From the NCBI RefSeq assembly GCF_018977255.1, contig NW_024704742.1, positions 63,552,001 to 63,616,000 of the forward strand: DNA of 64,000 nucleotides. Reading direction: 5' to 3'. The DNA comes from Callorhinchus milii. Lineage: Eukaryota. Below are positions 14,399 to 26,932 of this stretch, piece by piece. A program made the translations under genes and the position numbers. The stretch's first letter is position 1; every line of letters starts with the position of its first letter. The notes beneath the pieces were generated by a model. That model ran no database searches and was not told where the DNA came from. It worked only from the letters and a program-made list of their open reading frames with translations.

Positions 14399-15524
14399 CA
14401 TTAGAATACATAGCACAGAAACAGGTCATTCGGCCCAACTGGTCTATGCCGGTGTTTATGCTCCACATGAGCCTCCTCCTGCTCTTCCTCAACTAAGTCT
14501 TCAAGTGTAACCTTCTATTCATTTCTCCCTCATGTACCTATCTAGCTTTCCCTTAAATACATCTATGCTATTTGCCTCAACAATTCCTTGTGGTAGCATG
14601 TTCCACATTCCCACTACTATTTGTGTGAAGAAATTTCTTCTAACTTCTCTATTTGATCTATTTGTGACTATTTTATATTGATGGCCCCTGGTTTTGGTCT
14701 CCCCCACAAGTGGAAACATCTTCCCTATGTCTACCCTATCAAAACCATTCAGCATTTTAAAGATCTCTATCAGGTCACCCCTTACCCTCCTCTTTTCAAG
14801 AGAAGAGTCCAAGTATGTTCAGCCTTTCCTGATAGGTATAACCTCTCAGTTATGGGATCATCCTTGTGAATCTCCTTTGCACCCTCTCCAGTGCCTTTAC
14901 ATCCCTTCTATCATGTGGGGACCAGAACTGCACACTGGTTTGCTTTTTTTTAATGGCCTTATTAACCCACGTTGCTACTTCACACCTACCTGCCCGTACC
15001 CTCCGTTCCTCTGGCTCCGGGCTGCTCCACATCCCCCGCCCCAACCGCCCTACCATCGGTGGCCGGGCCTTCAGCCTCTCAGCCCCGAGGCTCTGGAACT
15101 CTATCCCCCAGTGCCTTCGCCGCTTCCTCCCTCTCCTCCTTCAAGGCCGGTCTCAAGACCTTTCTCTTTGACCGTGCCTTCAGCTCCCCTCTCGACTCTC
15201 TACCCCCTCCTCGCTCCCTCCCTTCCCTCCCCTCACCCTGACCATTTCCCCCCTGCTCGGGTCCTGACCCAACTGTACAGCGCCTTGGGACGTCCTCCCG
15301 ACGTGAAAGGCGCTCTATAAATGAAATCTTGTTGTTGTCTTCTTGTTGTTTAGTGAATTGTGTATGTGTACCCCTAGATCCCTTTGCTCCTTTACACCAT
15401 TTAAGTATTTATTTTCCAGGATGTATATAACTTCCTTATTCCTTTTACCAAAATGTACCACCTCACACTTTTCTACATTGAAATGCATTTGCTATTTAAA
15501 TGCCCATTCAGCAAGTTTGTTAAT
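14399..15524 (-). mobile_element. CR1 3' fragment of a second family, nested in the previous element
   Basis: SLEKRRVRGDLIEIFK...FFTQIVVGMWNMLP on the - strand; flanked by a GTATTA duplication. Confidence 0.85.
14982..15348 (+). mobile_element. L2 LINE 3' end nested in CR1
   Basis: PARTLRSS...GGRAFSLSAPRLWNS...FKAGLKTFLF; hairpin tail plus (TTG)n. Confidence 0.88.
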
Positions 15525-16349
15525 GTATTAAGGGATATGGGGCAAGGGTGGGTAACTGGACTTGAGGGACAGATCAGCCATGATCTTATAAAATGGCGGA
15601 ACAAGCTCGAGGGGCTGAATAGCCTACTCCTTTTACTATATTTCTACAGTAATGGACAATCAATCAGTTTATTCCTCTCTGCAGTGAGGTGGAGAAATCA
15701 CACTGTTAATAAGAGGCAGACACTGGCAACTCACCATCTGGATGTGAATGCGACTCCAAGGCCGACCACTCCAGGGTGAAGCAGCAAAATCAATCAGACT
15801 ATTGCAGAAGCATGTTTTAATTGGTCATAAACAAGTGAAAATATATTTACTTTGTACTTAGAGATCATTGCAGAACAGATCTACAATTAGCACCTGCTGC
15901 TTCTTTTTTTTAACAGGACTTATTTAATTAAAAAAGGGCAAATTCAAAGTGGCAGGTACAAGCCAACGTGGTTAAGCACAAGCCGACTTTCAATTAAAAC
16001 CCACAGTAAAGGAAAAACTGAGCAAAATACTAAATCTAAACTTACCTTGTTTGCACAGACAGATAAAACTGATACTGACATCCAATGCGTTTAATCTAGC
16101 CTTACTGGAAGGGTCACATTAAAAAAAATCAAATGTTTACTACAGTTATACAATTAAAAAGCTATAAAATTAGAATTCTAATTTTTCAGTCACATTGATA
16201 GACACAGAACTGAACCACTCCTGTACACGACTGCATGAACAATTTGAATACATGGGATTATTTGGGTTTGCATATCACAAGTTTCATGCTTCCTCTGACC
16301 GCACTTTATTTTACACATTCTAATGGGCAGATCTGACATGACTAATCAC

Positions 16350-16425
16350 CAAAGATTCGACGTTCTGCTTTAGTTGTTCAAGGTGTTCTAATATGTTCTT
16401 CTTAGTGATGATCCCCAAGACATTC
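16350..16425 (-). CDS. CLCN3: CLCN3 76-nt alternative cassette exon
   Basis: tgtttcag|G...TTG|gtgatt; NVLGIITKKNILEHLEQLKQNVESL; 76 nt shifts the reading frame of the last exon. Confidence 0.92.
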
Positions 16426-17534
16426 CTGAAACAGACCATGTTATGCTAATAACTGTGTTTGGCAATAAAATGAAGCAAATCACATTTGTATAGCGTATAT
16501 ATATATATACATTATATATATGCACACAATATATATATACTTTTAAAAGGCACACAAAACAATCCTAGCAGCAATGAAATGTTTTTAAAAAACAGGTGCA
16601 TGAGTGTTGTCATGCACTTTAAAAATATTCAAAATCGAGCAGAATAGACTTAATTGGCATTAAATTACTTGTGCCATATTAATTCTTAATAGTGAAACAT
16701 TGATTACTCAAGAAGCTATTAACCGCAAACATATGCAGTTAGTGTTAGGTTACAGAACAGCCTCTGGAGATGAGCTTTACAAACAAACCCGGGGTGATAA
16801 ATCAATATTATTGGCCTTGCCCCATTGACTACATTATTATTGGTTGTATTTTCCCTTGCCTCTCCACAAACCTGATACCCCACAGTCCATTGCTGGGGTA
16901 ACCATATAGGAAAACAGCTGTAAATTGCTTAATTCAAAGAAAGGAGGAAAGAAACATGCACATCACTCTTCAAGCCTCTTGGCACAACCTTTCATCCAAA
17001 TTCAGTAGCAAATACAACACAAACAGTTTAGACTTATTTAGCACCTTTTCACATAGGATAACATTTGGAAGCGGTTTATGGAGACTGAGTGGTAACCCAT
17101 GCAAGGAGGGAAGTAGTTAAAATGCAGGTTTTAAGCGCTACGATGTCCCATTTGTTGCAGTTTTACGATGTTTTCCATGCTGTCAGGGAAAGGAAATGAG
17201 CAAAATGCAAGAATTCTCAGAGAGAGAGAGGGAAGAGTTATCTGAGTAAGTCTTGTAAACCTACAAGCCATCGGATGTAGTTCAGCAGCAATAGCAAAAG
17301 CCTGAAATCCGGTTGTCAGTCCGCTAAGCAGCTGCGTGACATCNAAAAAAGGCAAACAATACTTTAATTAGAAAGCACGTGCATAAAAGCACTGGTTTGG
17401 CTTTTTGATTAATGTTCACAAATATTTCTCTATTGACACTTGATAGACCTCCTCAACAGTTCTTATGCCCATCACTTGGGGCTCTATTTGTAAACGTATT
17501 GGAATTACCATAAGTGGGAATGCGCAGCTAATAA

Positions 17535-17830
17535 AGAGAGAGAGAGGGAAGTGGCGAGAGTTTTGGGCGGGAAGAGAATGATTGAGGGAGAGGGGGGGAG
17601 AGAGAAACAGAGGGGGATGGAGAGTGATTGAGGTAGAGAGAATGATTGAGGGAGACGAAGCAGAGAGGGAGAGGGAGAGAAGCGGAAATAGAGCTATTGA
17701 AGGAGAGGTGAGAGAGAGAGGGAGGGGGAGTGAGAGCTAGGGAAGAGTGATTGAGAGGGAGAGCATGAGGGAGAAGGGATGAGATAGAGAAACTGCGAGA
17801 GAGAAGCAGAGAGAGAGAGAAAGGGGAAGT
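17535..17830. repeat. GA-rich low-complexity tract
   Basis: Nearly pure purine run with recurring GAGTGATTGAG units. Confidence 0.9.
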
Positions 17831-17994
17831 GTTTAGTGGTTCTCAAACGGGGCAACCGGCCCTCAGCAACCAAAAGGTTGGACCACCCTGAAACATGCTT
17901 TATTTATTATTCTTATAGAACAGTTCTGTTTTGAAACCTGTTTGGTTGTCTCTGTACAGTATGTTTTCTGCACATGAGGTGCAGTACTGAGAAG

Positions 17995-18250
17995 TACTGT
18001 TTATGGAAAGAATGGACTACCATAGCTTTAATATTCATGGGTTAACCATGTTACAGAAACCTTGCCTGAATATCACCAGCTAGTTCAGTACTAGTGTATT
18101 TGTTATGTATGTCATATAAAATCAGACTTATTTATAACTTTACATAAGGCATATATGATACGACTTGTGCAAATTTGACATAACTCATACTTTGCATAAG
18201 TCATTAAATGTATGGTCCCAACTGATACGACTTATGTGAAGTTTACTGTA
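17995..18250. mobile_element. Tc1/mariner (Tigger-like) non-autonomous remnant
   Basis: Collinear with 44870-45141; both end ...GTTTACTG followed by TA; a further partial copy near 5200-5280. Confidence 0.6.
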
Positions 18251-20301
18251 CTGTAATAGCAGCTCTATACCTGTTCAATAAGTGCTAAGTTCCCCCACAG
18301 GAAACGCCTACAGCAATCTGACTGGAAAACAAAAAATCCTAAATACAGAACTAACCATTAAGTCTGGGGTATCAAAAGCAGTGGCTTCAATATAACTGCC
18401 ACAGGTTTTCTATTAAAAAGGAATTAAGCTAAGTTTGGAAAAGTGCATCTTTAACTGGCTTCTGTTGGCAACATTGCATCTAACATATTGATTCAGATAA
18501 TGCATCATCTAAAGTTTAATAATATTTGAGAAATCTTTCACAGCGAAAGCCGATACAATACTAGGAGGAAACATCAGAATTTTAAGTGGTTTACAATATA
18601 ACTATTACATAATATACTTTTTCCATTTAATTTACTTTTTGACACAAAACACGTTGTACAAATGCACAGTCACAAACGAGGCCCATTCAATCATAATTGG
18701 AGTAATGCAGTATGTCATTCAACCAGAAGATGGCAACAGCACAAAGTATGAATGCCAACAGCTGCATATGGTGCCTAATTCCACTGCTTTTCTTGATAAG
18801 TGCTGCTATTCCACACAACAATGTACATCAACATTGTCAATCATGCAATTAAGTGGCGTTTTGGTTCTCCCCTTCCCCAAATTAATTACATGAATAATAA
18901 TTTGCACAATTTTGTGACTCAATCCAGTTTCACTGTGGCGAGGGCACTGGCCTCAGATATTGTACGTAATGCAGTGCCTCAGCAAAAAACAACTTCACTG
19001 TCTTAAAGCCAGGATATGGATTCCAAGCCATTCGCATCACTCTGATCTATTCATCTGACAAAGGGCAATGATCTTTTCTCTGAATTGATAACCAAGTCCA
19101 GTTAAAACAACACACAAATTGGTTTAATCCATGAACTGGAATCCAAACAAGATCTAATGGAACACGAGATTAGATTATTATTGGTTTATACACTTGAAGG
19201 ACTGTTTATCTGTAAATGGGTCTTAAGTATACGCAATGACTTACAGTGCACACAATGATGTACATACAAACTTCCAGGTGCGCAGTACTGTATTTAGAAT
19301 TGGGAGCTGAAGCAGATAAGAACAGTCACTCCTACACATTGGATCAAGGCAATCTTGGAGGAGGCCATTCGAAACACTGTCTGGGCTATAACTGGTATGC
19401 AGGCAAGGGAAACCAAAAAAGAGAATGAATGGTTTATCTACTCGAAAAGTGGAGCTGCATAAAAAAAATGAAATATTTGTAACAAACCCACTACCAAATG
19501 TCTAATATACTTTCAAATCATCATACCTTACAATAAGCTTGGAATATCTATGACTTGCATAATAGAGGTCAGTTTCCATTGTAGAAATTGCTACACCTAT
19601 ATTCATTTGGGAGATTGTATCATGTGTTTGAATAGTAAACTCCACCCTACTCTATACACTTCTCACAGTATTAACAATGAAAAGTGATGCAATCTATACA
19701 ATGCTTTTGCTTTGTGTTTCAAATGCAGACCATCAAGTTACTCCATCCCACTCTCCTCAGAATATGGTCTTGACCTGATGGAGCACCGTGCTATTGACGC
19801 TAGCCCCGCTGCACCAAACATAACTGCTTCTCCGGTGCCCAGTCATTGTTGCTAACAGCAAAAGATAAAGAACAAAAGGTGCAGTGCAAACAGAGACCTC
19901 ATTAGCGCTCCATTCCTACATACCAGATATCCAGATTTTGCAATAGCAGCTACTTATTTTACGATCAATTTGAACAAAGGTATTGTGAAGCAATGCAGCA
20001 TTACTTGTACATTCAGTTCTGTACAACAGGTCTTTTCAGGCAGAATTACTGAAGAATTATAGGAACAGGAAAAGTCTATTGGGCTGAGAAAGCTCATCTT
20101 TCTATAAGTTTCTTAAGAATATAAGAACATAAGAAATGCTAGACGATAAAAAGACCAAGGTCCATTTAGTTTGCCTTCCACCTTTCTGGCGGTCGCATGC
20201 ACATATGTCCCAAACTACCTATGTACTATATTCCATAAGGTTATTTCCTAAAAGAAAACTGTTTGAAAGATTAAGGAAATAATTCCGAACTACAGACTTA
20301 C

Positions 20302-20518
20302 CCATTATGAGTTACAAGGCACTGCCTTAGGCCCAATTTGCGAAAGATGTCCACTACAATCTCCATTGGTGTATGATCTGTAACTGTGAAAGGACTCATA
20401 TCGAGAATGCTGCGCAGCTTCAGTGGACGTGGACTATCTGCTGGAAGTGTTGGGGTATGTTGTGTGAAATGAACTCTTGAACTGGTGACAATACCTTCTT
20501 GTTTTCTTCTAGCGTTTT
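20302..20518 (-). CDS. CLCN3: CLCN3 coding exon (217 nt, CBS2 region)
   Basis: ttattag|AA...GG|gtaagt; [11 protein letters not shown]...[13 protein letters not shown]. Confidence 0.97.
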
Positions 20519-20682
20519 CTAATAAAAGGAAAGACATTTTCAAATCATAATAAATGTCAACCATATAAAGCATATTTCTATTGTCTAGGATTGTTATGGA
20601 CTCGGGTTTTGAGGGGTTTGGATGCTCTGAGCACACACAAAGCCGAAAACCGAAAAGTGAAACAGTTTAAACTTTACTTCAT

Positions 20683-20844
20683 AATAATACTTGCATTTGA
20701 TAAAGCACCGGGTTCCTACTTGCTGCTTGGTAAACAGGCATGTGGAGCAAGGAAACTTGGCTAACGTTTCGCCATGGCTGGCAATCAAACCCAGGTTCTC
20801 TCGCTTGCGAGGCAAGGTCTCTTACCAATATGCTACAGGACTCC
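20683..20844 (-). mobile_element. Internally deleted tRNA-SINE
   Basis: Head (GGAGTCCTGTAGC...) joined almost directly to the tail. Confidence 0.7.
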
Positions 20845-22462
20845 ATAAAATTACCAGATTGAACTAGTCATGCCTAGTGTTAAATTAAACTTGTTCTTTT
20901 AATTAAACATATAAACAATTCATGAGCAGATTCTGATGGAATTTTAATACTTTGCCAACGTGATATTTTATTATATGACCCCCACAGTTTATGATACAGA
21001 TCCATGCTGGCTGATTTCTTTTTTTTTTAAAAATGCCTTTTTTTAAGTTTAATTCAGCAGCATTAAATCTGAGGCAAAAGTCGTTTTGTCTGCAATAAAA
21101 TGCTTCTTGCTTTTTTTCTTTTAGATTATAAGTTTTTATACACAATAGCTATTTGACAACATACTCAACTATACTTGATAGGGGTGGGTAAGCAGAACCT
21201 TTATGATTCACGGTGACCAACGTAGCAAACAGAAAACAGTTTGCTCTGTCGTTGTTTAGTGATATAATCCTTAACTGGGTAGGCTACTTTACTCTAGGGC
21301 ACTGTTGATAATTAACCAACTTGGAGTCTTCCTTGCATGTCGAGTGATTCAGGAGAACCCTGCAAACCATGTCATTTAGGCTGATCCCAGCTGGAAGAGC
21401 AGCAGAAAAATGACTTGTGTCTCACACTGGTCTGCTCTGTAAATTGAGCTGGTTCTAGAAATGCCCCAATCCACACTCTGGAATTCCTTAATGACATGGC
21501 TTCTGTTAAGACATATTAACAAAGCAAGACATTTCTTCGCTAACTGAAATAAGGAACATCGAATAGCAATTGCAGGAATGACAGGTATCCTGACTCACAA
21601 TAGCACAGAGCATAAGATTCCCCATCTTCAGATTCCGCCAGAAGTCGAAGGCCTCTTCGACCATGCCTACGATCACCTCTCCCCTCCCACTGGCTCAGCG
21701 TCAAGCTCCAGCACTATCAAACGCTCTGGGACACTACCCTGTGTGAAGGGTGCTATATAAATACAAGTTGTTGTTGTGGGATGGAAAGCAGATTGTAGCA
21801 ATCCTTGACTCACTACTCTCTGCTCAACTAGTCAAATCCTTAACCCTTTGCTAGATTTATGTTGTGTTTATATTACGCATTTGTCTCCTGAGGCAATCTT
21901 GCAACTTGTAAAGTAAAATGTCAGGCTTTCCCAGCACCAAATTTGGGAAACCCTACTTAGGTGGCAGATCTCTCTTTACCCCTGCATTCAGAAAATCTGA
22001 TCAGTAACGATAAGATGCTGTACCCGAGTGAATAGACTGGGTGACATTCCATGTGTGCTCCATATTTTGTCATCACACAACAAATTTAATTTATACAGCT
22101 CCATTCACGTCAGGAGGACACACCAAGGCGCTGGACAATTAAGAGTTGGGGGTGAAGGGTAGGAGGAGTGCAAGGGTAGCCAAAAACATGATCAAAGTGG
22201 AAAGTCTCAAGACAAGCAAGGGAGGGGGCGAGGCGGAGGGATTCCAGGATGGAGATCCAGAGGGTCCTGGCAGAAAAGATGAAGGATTATCACAAATATT
22301 ATAAATTAAATAATCTTTCAGAACACACAAGCATCACCAGGTATTTTTATGCATGGCAAAACATCATCAAGGTTTTTTCATGATCAATGCTATCCAAAAA
22401 GGCAGGAAGATGTGGATTGTGATGCATTACATTAACGATCTATGGAAATGCAGAACTCATAC

Positions 22463-22861
22463 CTAATGCAATGGTGATGTCTCTTCGTAATGCAAATCCA
22501 ACTAGTCTTTGAGACTCTTTTGATACAATTACAGGAAAACCATTGTACGTTGTTTCATTGATTGTTGCTTCCAGGTCTTCAACCGTCATATCATCCTGGG
22601 TCAAAACTGTCAGAGGAACCTCATTTCTTCGGGGTCGCATTACATTTGCAGCTAGTGTCGTGTGAGTAAATTCTTCCTTAGCATCCAAGAACGGGTACCC
22701 GTTCAAACGAATATGTGCTTCGTAAATGCCTTCTCTGCCAAATGCATCACCCACCCACTTGCTGGTCATTACTGCAGCCATAAGAGGGACAATGTACTCC
22801 AGCCCCCCAGTCAGCTCAAACACAATGATCACCAGTGAAACAGTCATTCTCGTCACACCAC
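22463..22861 (-). CDS. CLCN3: CLCN3 coding exon (399 nt; central Tyr, CBS1)
   Basis: actag|GT...G|gtatga; [10 protein letters not shown]...GREGIYEAH...YNGFPV...RRDITIAL. Confidence 0.97.
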
Positions 22862-24859
22862 CTAGTGCAAAAAAAAATTGTTCAACAAGAGAAATTACCA
22901 TTTCTTACCAGTGTTATATAATTGTTTCTCTGCCTGTTCAATATCTACATATAAATTCAGAATTTGTACTGCCAATTTAATTGATAGTAAGTGTGATGGG
23001 AGGGGTTAGAGATTGAATTTTGACCCATACACAGCAACTTGTCAGGTGATTTTTCCCCACTCCTTGCCACATACAGTATCTTCTAAACTTTGCAATCTGT
23101 TACAGCCAATGGATACCTAGACATGTGGCCAGGCTTAAGCATGAGATAGCAACTTGAAAGTTTAAAAGATTCAATTATCAAATTGAAAATGTTTTAGAAT
23201 CATCACAATTTTCACCCCATACTGCAGGTAAGCAGCTCTGCACTCAATTCCGATGTGGCAATCACTACTGAGAACCACATATTCTTCAGCAAAGGATCTT
23301 GTGAAGCAATGATATCTTAACTCACGAGGCCTTCAGGAAATCACCCTCTGTTGGCCTTAACCTACCGTTGCTCTACAAACCTCTTTCGCTGGATGTTAAT
23401 TCAGAACATGCAAAATAACTCAATTTCTAGATCTTGTATGCAGTAATCCTCAATTTTACCTGGGCTGTTATATCCGTGGCAATTTGAAATTACTGTTTAA
23501 ATGGGTGCGTTAATGGAACACTTTTGCAAATGTCTAATTATTGCTCTGCAAATATGGGAGATTCAACAATACGATTCCATAAATTGTTTATTAATTAAGG
23601 TTTCCTTTCTGTTAAAATAAGCCCTACATCTCCCTATTCCAAAAGTAATTCCTTCCCCCGCCCTCCAACATTTACAGCACAATGATGCTGCCTTGACTTG
23701 ACTGATGTGGCAGAGAAACATAAGCAAGGCTGTCTAAACTCCTAATGATTGCAAATATATGCACCACACACTAAGGCAGCATTGCAACTACCAGGCACAG
23801 GCTATTCTCACAGGAGAATTTCTCCTGATCCTTTCTCAGACCTTTGAAAGTTCCACTGTTACAGGATTTAAAGAAAAACACGATAGGAATTGAGTTTATA
23901 TTCAACATTAGGACAGAAAGGATTTGAAGTATTTAGCAAACACAGCGCGTCTCAGCTTGGACACCGTTTCTCCAGATTATGAATTTAATGATTGTTGAAA
24001 AAAGAGACATTTATGAGCAAAAAATGTTTTCAACTATTATGACTCCTGATCTATCCCGACTGAACGGGCAAGTCTTTAGCAAATCTCTCCCTGCTCTCTG
24101 GAACTCTATCCTGGAGTCCTTTTGCCTTGCCCCTCCCTTCCTTAAGATCCCTCTCTTCAACCACACCTTTGGTCATCTTCACCCCTCTGCTCTCTCCCCC
24201 CTCCCCCACCTTGGGCTCCCAGTCAGTTGTGTGAAATGCTTTGAGACATCCACTGATAAGGTGCTATATAAATTGCTGCTGTTCTAATGGTTGCAGTGAG
24301 GAAGAAATGTGGCAGCAGAAACCTCATCAAAGGCATTTGGGACATTATTAACAGTCATGTCATTAAAACTGCAATAATTGAAGCAAATTTGCCTAATTCA
24401 ATCTCAGTGCTTCAAGTTTATGAAGACATCTTTCCTAGACAATAGTACATGATGCAGACAGAGAACAGTTCCTTTCACATTAACAAAGTACAGTGAAACC
24501 TGTCCATCAACTACTCAGGGGACCTGGCCTTAGTGGCCTTTGAGAAAGGGTTTGTTTTTGTGTTGTCTGTGTCCGGGCTGTTCCAGGTTGGTTGTTTAAA
24601 CAGGGGAGATGGTTGTTTGAACGAGTTTGACAGTTTACTTCAAACTATTTCTTCCCCTTTGCTTGACTGTTTCCAAGTTGATATCACCACTATGCTGTGT
24701 TTGATTGTTGCTAAAGTGAACAACGGTTGAATATTAGGTGAAAAGCACACTAATGTCCCACAAACAGTTGTAGATTGAGTGACCAAATGTTGTATAGTTT
24801 GCATCTCTAACATCAGTTTGTGTTACTAGTCAGTTCTGACCAGTAAATATTAAACCTAC

Positions 24860-25046
24860 CCAAACAAGCTGCAGCACCAACCATAGCATAGAGACCTGGA
24901 GTGACACAGTCTGCTCCAACATTACACCACTGGTTAAATATGAACCAGTCATGATGGTGATAGGCTAGCTGCTCCACCGCAATCCCCACAATCCTACCAG
25001 CAATGGCACCAATCGCCATACTCGGTATGAAAAGGCCTGAAGGTAC
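24860..25046 (-). CDS. CLCN3: CLCN3 coding exon (187 nt)
   Basis: gcag|GTA...G|gtaggt; [14 protein letters not shown]...[13 protein letters not shown]. Confidence 0.97.
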
Positions 25047-25467
25047 CTGCAAAAACAGGGGGAAAATTCAGACTGAAACAAACACTGGCCAATATGACTT
25101 GTCATTATGAAGCACTTCAGATTTCCGTTTTAAATTGTTCTATTTATCTCACATACACACACACACACACGACACACACTCCCACCCCACATCCAATCAT
25201 TTTAAAATGTTAAACATATTGGATCCAGACAAAAAGCCTTAGGATATCAACTTTGCATAAAATAGTTTGACTTCAGTCACTTACATATAATCATAGGATC
25301 TAAAGGGAGACTGGTATTGCGATTTATTGTAATTCTAAACTCCAATAAAAAACACCATCACCCAATTTCTTGCACAGATTTGTTAAGTGAGAAATTCAGA
25401 CTCGTGTAAGTAGCTAAATTGGCAACAATCTCTCAGCTTTAATGCAAAAATGTTACAAATAGATTAC

Positions 25468-26013
25468 CTTAATTCCAAAAGTGAAGATGGTCATAATAAT
25501 TTTGAATATAAGCGCGAGTGCCAGTTTTCCCATGGCATCATAGACTCCTTGACCAGCTGGTCGGTCTGGAATGTCATCCACCAGTTGGCTGACGTTTGTG
25601 TCGGTCTGATAATCACAAAGTGATGAGGACTCCAGAGGGCCACAGTCAGTGAAAAGTTCTTTGATCAATTCACTTGTGTTCTTTCTTGTGTACTGATTGG
25701 GAAAGGCGACAACTGCTGTAATCACAGTGACTATGATAACTTCCAAGACGGGGAACTTTCCAAACTTTGTGGTTTTCCGACGCCTGCACCAAGCGAGATT
25801 AGCGCGAATAAAGAAGGCTCCCCACAATCCTCCAAATACTCCCAGGAGGATAAAAGGAATCAGTTCAAATAAATACCAGGGAGTATGATACTCCACATAA
25901 AACAGTACCAGGCGACTGTTTCCAAAAGGATTAATGGAACGCAACACAAAAGCTGCCACTAAAGCAGCAAAAAATGACCTCCAAAGAGTTTTCAAGGGAA
26001 AATAGTAGCTAAC
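25468..26013 (-). CDS. CLCN3: CLCN3 coding exon (546 nt)
   Basis: acag|GTT...AAG|gtaatc; [15 protein letters not shown]...[10 protein letters not shown]. Confidence 0.97.
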
Positions 26014-26701
26014 CTGTAAGAAGAAAGCAATGTTTTAGGTGATGAAATAAGCAAACTGCATAATGTTGATCTTCCAAAATGCAAGTACAATAAATAATTC
26101 AAAATAGTAAGTCAAGTCTTTCAGAGAGCCAGCACAGGCTTGATGAGCCCAAAAGTCTCCTTTTTGTGCTCCTTTTTCTACATTTAATCATGGACTACTT
26201 TAAAAACATAAATCCTAATTAACTGTCAATCATTATAGGCTGTGCATTCTGCCAAGATCCAATAAACTGGTGAAACTGGCTCAACGGGCTGAAGTTTTTT
26301 GTTACGTTTCCTAAACCGATAATAATTTCAGAATATCCAGATTTCAGTGTCACTATACTGTAGCCGGGGGAGGGAGGAAACTCATTTCTCCATATTAATT
26401 TTAGTGTTTTTCTTGTAATGCACGCAAGTATGAAAACAGCAACAAATTACATTTATATGGCGCCTTTCACATCCCAAGGTGCCGGTGGTTTGTACCCGAG
26501 TCGAGGTGGAAGTCAAGGGGGCAAAAAAAATGACAAAAGCCGGAGTCAAAGACGAAGAACCGACCTTGAAGGCTGTGAGGGAAGGATGAAACATAGAAAC
26601 TATACCAACTATTTTCCTAAAGCATAATGCTTTACAAAATAATTCTCTTTATGTTTCTGTAAACAGAAGTAGCAAATAGTCATGAATGCTGAACAATTTC
26701 A

Positions 26702-26932
<231 letters not shown>

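Larger units (their letters stand above)
13891..15640 (+). mobile_element. CR1 3' fragment split by nested insertions
   Basis: 13891-14398 and 15525-15640 are collinear with 3191-3797. Confidence 0.85.

Noticed and set aside
14694..15320. 208-aa ORF, the longest in the track
   Set aside because: A chance frame across an antisense CR1 and a C-rich L2 tail
17344..17344. Isolated N bases (also at 41252, 57902 and 63264)
   Set aside because: Each sits beside a homopolymer run, so these are sequencing or assembly ambiguities
24490..24635. Possible Tigger-like MITE (TACAGTGAAACCT...GTTTGACAG)
   Set aside because: The right terminus is too degraded to confirm TIRs or a TSD
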